64,000 bases of DNA, taken from contig CM082598.2 in NCBI GenBank assembly GCA_040954595.2, positions 8,013,097 to 8,077,096 of the forward strand. The letters are read 5' to 3'. Below, piece after piece: positions 25,957 through 35,891 of the stretch (positions are counted from its first letter, which is position 1; each line of letters opens with the position of its first letter). Source of the DNA: Balanoglossus misakiensis (taxonomy: Eukaryota; Animalia; Hemichordata). A program made the translations under genes and the position numbers. The notes under the pieces were generated by a model, which searched no databases, was not told where the DNA came from, and saw nothing but the letters and a program-made list of their open reading frames with translations.

Positions 25957-28900
25957 TCACTGTGAGTAAACGTACATTACAGCTTTTTCTCGAAGTCTGA
26001 AAGCTCTGTGGACAAAATTACAGAGACTAAGTAGGTCATCTGAAAGAGATGACCTCATAAACCTTCGAAATTTACAGAAATTTGGTTCCAGAAACAATTC
26101 CTTTGGTAAGTACCGTATTCTCAAATTATTGTACAGTGGGCAAATTACAAGAAAGTGGTATTCATCTTCTACCTTATTTGTGTTACAAACTTTACAAAAT
26201 CTAAAAGCCGAAGCAATGTTATCTCTCCTGCCTTCTTCGATCGCAAGAGGGAGTACTGAACAGCGAAAATATGTAAATATTCGGATAGCTTGGTGATTAC
26301 AGTGAAGGTACAAATATCTCTCAGGCTCTAGTAAACTTTTGAATTGGATATACGTGCGGAGTTTGGGTTTCAGTGAAGCTTTTTCGATCCAACGTTGTTT
26401 GTATACATCTTTGACTCTATTTTCGAAGATATACAGAAAATGTTTTTTGTCACCAACGTCCTGAGAAACCCAGGCAAACCCAAATCCGAATGAAAATAAA
26501 ATATCCTTTACTGAGGTTGCCCAAGTATTTCTACCCATATTGTCTAAATTACACAACATCAAATATGCCTGCCTTGGAATTCTATGGGGTGGCATTTCGA
26601 GGAGTTTTAACCAGTAAGCGATGCAACGTTTTATGGTGGTACAATAGATAGGGAGACGTCCACATTCTCCCATTACTGCTTCTGTAGTAGTGTGTTTAGG
26701 TACTCCCAGCAGTAGCCTACACCACCTCCTCTGTACATTCTCTAACACTTCAAAATATTGAAATCCCCAAATTTCTGCCCCATATGATAAAATTGGTACA
26801 ATCATTGCATCGAATAATTTAAAATGAACATTAATATCCAGAAAATCTAGTTTCCGTCTGGTGGCGGACAATATATTCAAAGCCTTTCCGGCTTGATAAG
26901 CTAAAGTGTACACCGCTTTTGACCAAGTATTCCTTGAAGAAAGAAGAAGACCCAAGTATTTGTAGTACGAAACTATTTCAAGCATTTTACCACGGAAATA
27001 CCACTTTTCTAAACGAGAGGGGTGACCCCCTTTTCGAAAAATCATAACCTTCGTTTTGTCGAGGTTAACCTCCATACGCCATTTTGTACAAAATGAAGAA
27101 AGAATGTCAATTAGACTCTGGAGATTTCTAATCGAATCGGCAAATATTACCACATCATCTGCATACAGAAGGTCAAAAAGGTCGCGCATATCTTGTGTTA
27201 GCTGAATACCCATTTGACCAGATGACATGAACATATGATTGAGTTCTTCAATAAAGAAACTAAATAGTATTGGACTGAGAATGCATCCCTGTCTCACACC
27301 AGCTGGGCATTCAAAATACTGAGACGATACATTGCCAGCCCGTACACAAGCCTTGACACCACTATACATAGAGTGCAGAATTTGAAACATTTTACCTTTC
27401 ATACCCAGTGACAACAGTTTGTATAACAAAAGAGAGTGGTTAATTCTGTCAAAGGCCTTGGAAAAGTCGATAAAGAGGCAGTAAATTTTCCCGCGTCTTA
27501 TGCTTAAATATTTCTGAATGATAGAGTGCAGAACAAAAATATTGTCAACAGTACTATGCTTCTTTCTGAACCCTGATTGGCAATCTGACACTATATTTGA
27601 ACTGTCCGACCATGTGGACAAACGAGTATTTAGGACAGCGGTAAAGACTTTACCAAGAGCATTTAAGAGGGAAATACCTCTGTAATTATTGGCGTCCCCC
27701 GTGTCTCCTTTTTTGAATAATGGGATCACAATAGCAGAGGACCATTCGGAAGGGAAAATACCAGAATCGAAAATTAAATTGAATAATTCTACAAGCACTG
27801 GTAAAATTATATCTGCAGCAGAGGAGTAAAACTCATTGGGTATGCCATCTGGACCGGGTGCTTTCCCAGATTTCAACTTTTTAAGACATTTTAACACTTC
27901 ATCTTCAGTTATTGGGGTATTTAAAACTTCATTTGTATCGTGATCGATCTCCTCTGGTCCATCCCCGCTAAAATAGTTAGCCAATTGATCTTCGACAGAT
28001 TGCAAGAACTCCAAATCTCCCGACTTTAAATCGTTGCATTTTCTGTACAAATCACTGAAATAGTGAAACCATGTCTGGATGTCAATATCACTCGTAAAAC
28101 CTTTCTTACGGCCAGACACTGACTTTAAAATGGTCCAAAATTCACCCGAATTATTCAATGCAGCCTCTCGAAAGCGATTTCGAAGAGAATGTTGATAGTT
28201 TGCCTTGCAGTTCTTGCAAATCTGTCGGAAGGATTTTTTCGCAGTTTTATAGTGATTTAGTGAATCAGAGCACCCCATTTGCCTAAACAGCTTTAACTTG
28301 TCATAGACGTTATTTTTAGCTTGTTGGCAAAGTTCACCAAACCAAGGTGGCTGAGAAGTCGTTTGTTTGTTCTGAGAGCTAGTCTGAATGCGCCCATCTG
28401 TACCTGCTACCTTTAAAGCGTCATTCAGGATATGAATGGAACGACTTATGTCTGGCAATGCCCTTTTTGATTCTACCAACAGGTTGTGCACAGAAGCAGA
28501 ACGTAAATTATCACTGAAATGATTTCTACATTTCTCAGTCATACGATAAACTATAGAATTTGAAACAGTACCAACTGGACGGTTTGTTTTCTGTGTAAGA
28601 ATGTTTTTAGACTTAAGATGACAGGTGATGGGAAAGTGATCTGATTCGATACGAGGGAGGACTTCAAAATGGTTAACATATCTGAAAAGGTCTGGTGACA
28701 TAATTACATAATCGATAACACTGCCACCCGTCGTCGATACGTGGGTAATACTGCCTGCAATATCATTGGCTGTGCGCCCGTTAACAATGTGGATACCAAA
28801 ATTGCGACAGATGTTAAGGAGAGCTTTTCCCGCCTCGTTTACCAATGTGTCTTTCGAATTTCTAGGTGCATGAAAATCTGACGAAATATACATATCAGTA

Positions 28901-29439
28901 TCAATGGGTAAAAAAGACAGCGAATCGTCAAAAATGAAATCATCGTCTGTACCCGTTCGTGCATTGAAGTCGCCTCCAAGTATACAAAGGCTATCAGGAA
29001 AATTACTTTTCATGACAATGAGTTGATTTTCCAAAGTTTCAATGTGATCTAAAATGGACTCTGGTCGTAAATAGCAACAACCAAAAATTACATCGCTATT
29101 AAATTGAAATAAACTCTTATGTATCTTGATAAATATACAATTATCTATATCAGCATTAACTCTACTCACTTTATCAGCAATATTTTTCTTAATATAAAGC
29201 GCAGATCCACCACTCGGTCTACCTTTGACAAATCGTTTTTTGGCAGGTGATGAGAATACAACGTGGTTTTTCAGAATATCGACATTATCTCTCTCAGTAC
29301 AAAATGTTTCTTGTAAACCTATAATATCGTACTTTGAACAAAAAGAAATAAAGTCACTGTTACCTATTTTTTGCTTTAAACCTCGTATATTCCACGTTAA
29401 TATTGACAAACTAGAGTTCACAGGGCCTTGGCCACACCC
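25957..29439 (-). CDS. LINE ORF2: apurinic endonuclease plus reverse transcriptase (no initiating ATG)
   Basis: Uninterrupted for >1150 codons. APE motifs TWNIRG, LQET, GDFNAR, IDY, SDH; RT motifs KAPGPDG, DFSKAFD, GVRQG, YADD; C-terminal CxxC..EDEYHF..C. Confidence 0.95.
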   Translation of the reverse strand, partial: GCGQGPVNSSLSILTWNIRGLKQKIGNSDFISFCSKYDIIGLQETFCTERDNVDILKNHVVFSSPAKKRFVKGRPSGGSALYIKKNIADKVSRVNADIDNCIFIKIHKSLFQFNSDVIFGCCYLRPESILDHIETLENQLIVMKSNFPDSLCILGGDFNARTGTDDDFIFDDSLSFLPIDTDMYISSDFHAPRNSKDTLVNEAGKALLNICRNFGIHIVNGRTANDIAGSITHVSTTGGSVIDYVIMSPDLFRYVNHFEVLPRIESDHFPITCHLKSKNILTQKTNRPVGTVSNSIVYRMTEKCRNHFSDNLRSASVHNLLVESKRALPDISRSIHILNDALKVAGTDGRIQTSSQNKQTTSQPPWFGELCQQAKNNVYDKLKLFRQMGCSDSLNHYKTAKKSFRQICKNCKANYQHSLRNRFREAALNNSGEFWTILKSVSGRKKGFTSDIDIQTWFHYFSDLYRKCNDLKSGDLEFLQSVEDQLANYFSGDGPEEIDHDTNEVLNTPITEDEVLKCLKKLKSGKAPGPDGIPNEFYSSAADIILPVLVELFNLIFDSGIFPSEWSSAIVIPLFKKGDTGDANNYRGISLLNALGKVFTAVLNTRLSTWSDSSNIVSDCQSGFRKKHSTVDNIFVLHSIIQKYLSIRRGKIYCLFIDFSKAFDRINHSLLLYKLLSLGMKGKMFQILHSMYSGVKACVRAGNVSSQYFECPAGVRQGCILSPILFSFFIEELNHMFMSSGQMGIQLTQDMRDLFDLLYADDVVIFADSIRNLQSLIDILSSFCTKWRMEVNLDKTKVMIFRKGGHPSRLEKWYFRGKMLEIVSYYKYLGLLLSSRNTWSKAVYTLAYQAGKALNILSATRRKLDFLDINVHFKLFDAMIVPILSYGAEIWGFQYFEVLENVQRRWCRLLLGVPKHTTTEAVMGECGRLPIYCTTIKRCIAYWLKLLEMPPHRIPRQAYLMLCNLDNMGRNTWATSVKDILFSFGFGFAWVSQDVGDKKHFLYIFENRVKDVYKQRWIEKASLKPKLRTYIQFKSLLEPERYLYLHCNHQAIRIFTYFRCSVLPLAIEEGRRDNIASAFRFCKVCNTNKVEDEYHFLVICPLYNNLRIRYLPKELFLEPNFCKFRRFMRSSLSDDLLSLCNFVHRAFRLREKAVMYVYSQ

Positions 29440-30399
29440 CTACCGAGCTGGTTCTTTAATTTCAACGATCTGGGCCGTTTCTTCGTTAACTTTGTAAGTT
29501 TTCCTCTGTCCGTTATCATCGACGTATGTCAACTTGTCATAGCGTATTTGTACCTTCAAAGATGGATTATCATCAAGCAGTGACTTACGAAAAGATAGTA
29601 GCCTTGACCGAATTGCGCGTATTCGCTTAGAAAAATCTTCCCCGATACTCATGTCCGTACCTTTCAGCTTGCTAGCGGCCGAGAAAACTCTTGACTTGTC
29701 CTTGAAGCGTGTAAACATGGCGATGATTGGCTTTGAACCACGGATTTCTGGTGCGTTGGAAATTCGATGAACTCTCTCAAAATCAATGTCTTCAGTGATA
29801 CCAAGGTTATTTGATAGAATGGATTTTACCTTTTCTTCCGACGTGTTCCAGGTCTCGTTTGGTTCATCTTGACTAACACCATAGAATACCAGGTTGTTTC
29901 GTCTGCTTCTATTTTCTAGGTCGTCATTTGCACGTCGTAGAACACAGTTGTCTTTCCTTAGTTGGTCTAACGTCGAGGTAATCCCACCAATAGCTTCATG
30001 TTTAGATTCTATGTCGGCAAGTTTCGTTGAATTATTTTGTAAGTTATCACGTAGTTCTGCAATGTCGTCCTCTATGCCGTCCATTCGGTTCTGTAACAGC
30101 TCTAACTTTTGGTGAACGAATTCCGATTCGGCAATTATTTTATCAAGTTTTTCATGAATCCCAACGATATCATCCTTTGTAGCCAAATCAGCTTTGGATC
30201 TTGGAGGCCCAGGATTACGCTCTATGTCACCTGCAACCACCAGCAGCAAAACAAGGCACAGCTTGACGGACAGTGATACGTGGCAGTTCATTAGCGGTAC
30301 AGTGAGAGAAGCCATCTTGAATGACTTAGTGTGACGGAAAGGGTTACCTCCTCCAAAAGAGCCTATTTTGGCCCGATATTGAGCTGTAGAGATTCCCAT
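29440..30399 (-). CDS. LINE ORF1: L1-ORF1-like coiled coil plus RRM, with N-terminal 2A-like peptide
   Basis: MGISTAQYRAKIG start; GDIERNPGP; heptad region; LENRSRRNNLVFYGV, ERVHR, PIIAMF, EDFS motifs. Confidence 0.92.
   Translation of the reverse strand: MGISTAQYRAKIGSFGGGNPFRHTKSFKMASLTVPLMNCHVSLSVKLCLVLLLVVAGDIERNPGPPRSKADLATKDDIVGIHEKLDKIIAESEFVHQKLELLQNRMDGIEDDIAELRDNLQNNSTKLADIESKHEAIGGITSTLDQLRKDNCVLRRANDDLENRSRRNNLVFYGVSQDEPNETWNTSEEKVKSILSNNLGITEDIDFERVHRISNAPEIRGSKPIIAMFTRFKDKSRVFSAASKLKGTDMSIGEDFSKRIRAIRSRLLSFRKSLLDDNPSLKVQIRYDKLTYVDDNGQRKTYKVNEETAQIVEIKEPAR
30205..30231 (-). other. 2A-like StopGo motif GDIERNPG/P
   Basis: Matches D(V/I)ExNPGP, preceded by the hydrophobic stretch LCLVLLLVVA. 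Confidence 0.8.
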
Positions 30400-32262
30400 T
30401 TCACGGTAGAGTGTCTGGGTGATGTGTTGTACCTTTCACACTCGGTAACAATTCAAAAACCAGGTCGGGGACAGCGTTTTCGATGAAAATTTGGAGAGCT
30501 GGTCTGTCACACGTGTAGCATGCTCGGCAGTTACGTAACGCCCCCCCCCCAAAGTTCAAGTTAGCAATGAAAAGATCGCACCCGACATTATAAGTTTGAG
30601 TGTTTAAATTTTATCTAAAGCTTAATTGGTAGCAAAGATATAGCAGGATTCTTATTTTTGTGATTTTCGCAAAATCTGCTATCCGTCGTTATGGTAACAG
30701 AATTTTAATATAACTTAATATCAAAGACGTGAATCAGCTTATTTTTCTTAAACCTAATGTTCCATGCTACCTGATGACCAATTTACAGCCTCCTCGAGCA
30801 AACCTTTTTCCAGTAAATCGAAACTATGTATGATCGATATGCAAAAAATAGCGCAGTTTTTACTTTGACCCCGCGTTTTGAAGATGAACTTGACCTCTGA
30901 CCTTGTCGGTCATGTAATCATTGGATAGCCCGTACCCTACTTTATAAGACCCAATGTTTAAATTTTTTCTCTAGCTTTCTCAGATCCTGAAATATATCAT
31001 TTTTTAACTGTATGAGTACCCCTAAAATTATGCTATCGTTACCATGACAACCGCTCCTCACGGCCACACCCACCATTAATATGAGTGCAAACAACCTGAT
31101 TCTGACAGCTGGATAAATAGGCTTTCCAAAAATATATGTCTGCAAAACTCCCCAGGGGGGGGGGAGGGTTTCGGTCTCTGGCCCATGGACTATAAGGTTT
31201 GGCAAGTCTCGTTGGTGATGTAACGTCGTATAGATCCAATTCGGCGGAGGTGACTGTAGATCGATTTGCTGACTGAACATATGATTACTGCCGAAGAGGA
31301 TCTTGCCAATATTGCGAGCAGATGAGACTGGTGTGACAGAAGTGGAACCAATGTTGACACTGTTAACAGGATCTGGTGAGCTGTTAAACTTGGAGCGAAT
31401 CAGAAGGACTTCGGTTTTACTGTCATTAAGCTGGAGTTTATTATGGGTCATCCATTCCTTGATGTCGAGAATGCAGGTTTCAATCGAAGACAGGGCTGCG
31501 GGAGAGTCACGATGAGAAAATGAAAGATAAAGCTGGTTGTCATCTGCGTACTGGTGAAAATGTAGATTGTGCTTGTGTATCAAAGTTGATAGTGGAGCAA
31601 TGTAGATAGTAAACAAGAGAGGCCCGAGAACTGAGCCCTGAGGGACGCCGAAGCTGAGTTCTGATGGTTCACTGATGACATCGTTGATTTTAACAGACTG
31701 TTCCCGTTGCTTCAAATATGAAGTGAACCATTTGAGTGCGACACCGGAGATACCAAGATGCGAGAGTCGATGAAGTAGTATATTGTGATCAATTGTGTCA
31801 AAAGCAGCGGAGAGATCAAGGAGGATGAGAAGATCATAGTTGCCAGAGTCCACAGATAAACAGATGTCGTTGTGTACTTTCAAAAGTGCAGTTTCTGTAC
31901 TGTGGTATTTTCTGTATGCTGACTGTAATGGTACCTGGAGAGTTTTTGGTGAGGTAGTCAGTGATTTGATCCGCGACGATCTTCTCGAGTACTTTGGAAA
32001 GAAATGGAAGATTGGAAACAGGGCGATAATTCTTGAGTATATTGAAATCCAGGGACGGTTTCTTCAGGAGTGGAGTGACGATAGCTGATTAATTCTCGCT
32101 GACCTATTGCGAGAAAACGCAAATCTCGCTTACCTATTGCGAGGATATCGTGTTCTCGCATGGTTCTCGCGGAACAGCGAGAAAGTGTGCGTTCCTCGCC
32201 ATTTTCTCGCAAAATTCTGTACCAGTGTTGGTGTAAAATTGAGGGTGAGAATTTCATCTTAA

Positions 32263-33183
32263 GGATGTACGTTAAGTAAAATTGAAAGTATTGTCATTTC
32301 TTTTAATTGTAGATTTTTGGATTCTCCTTTGTATACATAATGAAAATCCGTAATAAAATATATAGGTCACCGCGCTTGTTTTTGAAATACAGAACCATGA
32401 ATTTGGTACACTCAGCATTTTCCATCAATGGTTACCTATGGGAAAATATTTCACGAAATTTATCTCAAAATGGAGCGCGGTGACAAAACAATTTTATTTG
32501 ATCAATGCATTTATTTTTACTTGACTGATCTATGTGTAAAGTTTCGTGAAAATGAAAATAGTGGAAGTAAGTTTTCTGGCAATATCAATATAATCCTATG
32601 GGGAAAACGACAAATGCGCGCAGTTTTCCAGTTTATGTTGTGCGCGATACGACGGCCCCATCCACCACTGGCTGCACTGTGGAGAAGGAGTTGTTCGCGA
32701 ACGAGGTTGTTGGGCTGTGCATGCATATATTGTATAAATGAAAATGGCCGTTCAGTTGATCGAAGGGGCAACGCAGTTTTCTGTACGAATGCGGACGCTA
32801 TTCTAGTCTTAGGGTTTTATATTCCGCAAACAGTCTGCTGTAAAAACCTCTCAGTTGGAATATGATAAATGAGTAGGCAGTTTTTGTATGACAATAAGTT
32901 GTCGGTTAGACGCAATTTTCGTACTGTGTGGAAAATTCCCCTTATGCGCGCACCGACTATACAGCTGTGGCATTTCTCGTTGTGATACGTAGATTACACA
33001 GGCCTGAGCGCATAAGAAAGTTCTACGGTAGACTCTGTAGGTCGACTGTTTGTTCTAAAATATCCATTTGGTTGCTTCCAAACACTGTCTCGTTATTTGC
33101 ATATTTCGGAGTGATGCGTAGAACACACTGGCCCGAGCGAATAGGAAAGTTTTCCGGTAGACTCTGTAGGTCGACTGTTTGTT
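32263..33183. mobile_element. Kolobok-like element end followed by 127-bp repeat units
   Basis: TTAA|GGATGTACGT start homologous to the 14245-14352 MITE. 127-bp-family units at ~32980-33183. The other end was not identified. Confidence 0.45.
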
Positions 33184-33185
33184 TA

Positions 33186-33317
33186 AGCAATAAAACACCC
33201 CAGCCATGGTATACCATGAGATTTTGACCAGTTCACGACTCGCTATCGCTCGTGCGTATATGGAGTTGAACTGGTCAAAATCGTGTGGTATACCATGGCT
33301 TGGGGTGTTTTATTGCT
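33186..33317. repeat. 132-bp near-perfect hairpin (Crypton-like terminal palindrome)
   Basis: agcaataaaacacccc.agccatggtatacca...tggtataccatggct.tggggtgttttattgct, with central ctcgctatcgctcg. Confidence 0.75.
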
Positions 33318-34168
33318 ATTAGGGACCGTTCAGTTATTACGGCCGGGGGGGGGGGGCGGCAAAATCCAGGGGGGGGGGGGGTCACTTAAATTTTGAAGTC
33401 CAAAAGGGAAGGGGGGTCATCTGTTTTTTTTAAACGTTTAGGGGGGTCACATAGTTTTGCCACTGAAATTTTGCTTTTGAGTCCACAAAATTGCAGTTTC
33501 GCGCCCTTTATTTTACACCCACCCCCTTCATTCTCCGCCACATTTCATTTGTTGCTGGTTTGTCTAGTGTACCAGGGCTGAGTGCTTGCCACCCCAACCC
33601 CACTGATGATAATATTTAACAAAGTAAATACATAAAGGAGAATAATCGTTTAAACCATTTCGCATAACTTATAGTTTCGTGCTGCATCTTCTATATACTA
33701 AAAGTTTTATAAATGATGTCATGACGAAGATAAACGCCAAATCTTCTAACTTTGAGTGGAGTGGCAAAAAGTAAAATTGGTCCTCCAAAACATTGAGATA
33801 ATTTGCTTTTGAGTTCATAAAAATGCAACTTTGAGCACTGTATTTTACAAAATTTTCTTATGTGGGAAGGGGTGCACCCACCCCCTCCTTTCTTCGTCAC
33901 ATATCATTTATTCGCTGGTTTATCTTGTGTACGAGGGCAGACTTCTCCCCCCCCCCCCGATGCTTACTTTGAGTGGAGTGGCAACCTTAAAATTTGTCCT
34001 GCCTAACATTGAGTTAATTTGCTTTTGAGTTCATTAAAATGCAACTTTGAGCACCGTATATTTACAAAATTTCTTACATGGGAGGGGGACACCCCTGCCA
34101 CTTTTCTTGTTTTACCAATTCTAGCAACTATTGTATTGACTTGTCATTTTATTTTGTTCATAGATTTC

Positions 34169-34200
<32 letters not shown>

Positions 34201-34201
<1 letters not shown>

Positions 34202-34842
34202 GTAACGGCCTTGTTGATCCATTGAATTTGTATACATGTATATCTGTATGTATGTTATACCTGTATCTTATAGTAATTAGTTATTCAATTATTCATATGA
34301 CGTAATAGTACTTACCTTCAATTGGTTGATCTTAATTATATGCAAACCACCTGGAAGTTTCATTTGACCAATGAACACAAGCTATTCTGGCACTATGATG
34401 TAATGGCTGATATAAAAGGACATGGTGCATAAAATTGGTCAGTTCACCTCTGTAGCCAGACCGGCCACACACGTTGGAACTGACATGTATTTGTTCCATT
34501 TCAGGTTAGTTTCCTTGTACCTTACCTGTTGCTTGAAGCTTTGTATTTTGGTGCATTCTACCGACTCATTTCAGCACAAGTAATTGGTGTCTTTAACTTG
34601 CGTCAATTTTCCAATTGTATATCTATATTTTTCACTTGCATGAATTTTGGTGTATTCTGTTGGAGGTGAACTCCCATACATGTGTGTAATTTAGCAGTTC
34701 ACCTCTGTAGCCAGACCGGCCACACACGTTGGAACTGACATGTATTTGTTCCATTTCAGTTATTAAATGTAAGGCCTATGTCTTTGTTACCCGTAACCTG
34801 TTTGGTGTGAATATGTTGGAATGAACGGCGACAACCGTGACA
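34201..34842 (+). repeat. 5' LTR
   Basis: TGTAAC...GTGACA; TATAAAA at 34411, Inr-like TCAGTT at 34439, ATTAAA at 34762. Confidence 0.97.
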
Positions 34843-34844
34843 AA

Positions 34845-34862
34845 TGGCGTAGTCGGCAGGAT
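34845..34862 (+). promoter_or_regulatory. Primer-binding site complementary to the tRNA-Ser 3' end
   Basis: TGGCGTAGTCGGCAGGAT, 2 nt after the LTR; complement of ...ATCCTGCCGACTACGCCA. Confidence 0.9.
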
Positions 34863-35891
34863 TTGGCAATTCCTACGCAAGTTCTTTTTTCGGGACGGAG
34901 AGGATGATACTGACAAGTGCCATGTTTTAACTGGTCAGAAGTGTCTGGACAACGGACAACGCCCAACCAGGTGTGTCTTTCGCTGAGCTGGACGTCCTTG
35001 GGGAGCCACCCGGACTGCAGACAGACGGGAGCCAGGTCCAAGCGTCAACGGCGAGGAAAATTCTCTGCAGAGTGCCAAGTGGTGAAGTCGCTGAACTGTT
35101 ACCGGCCAGAACTGTTTAGTGTGAAGTGTTCATCGCGGTATACAAGGTATTGTGTGTCCAGAACTTGACAGTGTTATTCCGTGCGAACTATAGACAGTGC
35201 GCATAAATTCCGTCCGTGGCGCATAGTTTCCATCTGTGATAACTTCGGACTTGAACTTGTGGACTGGGTATTTTATTGCAAACGAACTTTCTGGTTATTC
35301 GCCGTAGAACCTGGTGTAACGTAATGTTTGTAAATTTTTCTTAGAAATTTCAATATTGTCTATATAATGCAATGTGGTCAGTTGAAGTGGGCTCCATGTG
35401 GATATAAACCCCTGTTTTGTTGCCTTTAGCCTGCTTTAGAAAAAAAAAAAAATTATTTTCTTTTAACAGTATATTTTGGTTAAGTGCTGAAGTATAAATT
35501 TTCTTTGTAAATTTCAGTTCATTATTTTCCAAACGACGTGGAAAAAAAAATCGTCAGCGCTTGTTGAAAAAAAAAATATTAAGTTATAAGTTAAATATTG
35601 TATATTGACTTGAGTTAGTTTATTATTGTATTAGTTATTTAGTTGTTTCATTATTATTGAGACTGTCCATGAATGGTCGTATTCATCCAAATCATACATT
35701 AGTCTCTATAGAACCTTTGGCAGTGTCTGTAAACTATTCTATGCTTAGTCCATTCCCTGTTAACGTATGTGCTATGCCAGTAGATACTGATATTATTGTT
35801 AAGATTTTCCAGTGAAATAGCTTGCATTGCATCGTATTTAACGACACGTCAGAATCCTCCCAAATTGCCTTTCATTTTATGGAGAAAAAAA

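Larger units (their letters stand above)
25808..30546 (-). mobile_element. Full-length RTEX-like non-LTR retrotransposon, 13-bp TSD
   Basis: CCCCAAAGTTCAA at 25795-25807 and 30547-30559; the empty site is preserved in the opposite Academ TIR. AATAAA followed by a short TA/TTA tail; two intact ORFs. Confidence 0.92.
21163..31192 (+). mobile_element. AcademX-type element, internally degraded, ~1.5-kb TIRs, 3-bp TSD TAA
   Basis: TAGTCCATGGGCCAGAGACCGAAACCC at both ends; TAA at 21160-21162 and 31193-31195. Arms are 21163-~22655 and 24950-25807 plus 30560-31192, with ~720-bp tandem units. Confidence 0.9.
20590..32088 (-). mobile_element. 5'-truncated L2/CR1-group LINE (20590-21162 and 31196-32088)
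   Basis: RT motifs DLSAAFDTIDH, GVPQGSVLGP and YADD; L2-type C-terminus GDRAF...APKLWNALP; (TTGA)n tail at 20590-20620; TSD TTAATTCTC at 20581-20589 and 32089-32097. Confidence 0.9.
20324..32227. mobile_element. CACTA/EnSpm-type MITE (~400 bp net) split by nested insertions
   Basis: CACTAGTAACAGCATTTTGTGAGAAAATGGCGAGGAAC...GTTCCTCGCCATTTTCTCGCAAAATTCTGTACCAGTG, with 3-bp TSD TTG (20321-20323 and 32228-32230). Confidence 0.8.

Noticed and set aside
30942-31883. Novel 313-aa RT fusion protein
   Set aside because: Chimeric ORF: an L2 RT fragment shifts frame and reads into the non-coding Academ TIR.
34019-34305. Poly-Ile and poly-Tyr membrane-like ORFs
   Set aside because: These are translations of the (TTA)n LINE tail and the LTR start.
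34845-34862. tRNA gene
   Set aside because: Only 18 nt are complementary to a tRNA 3' end; this is the retrotransposon PBS.
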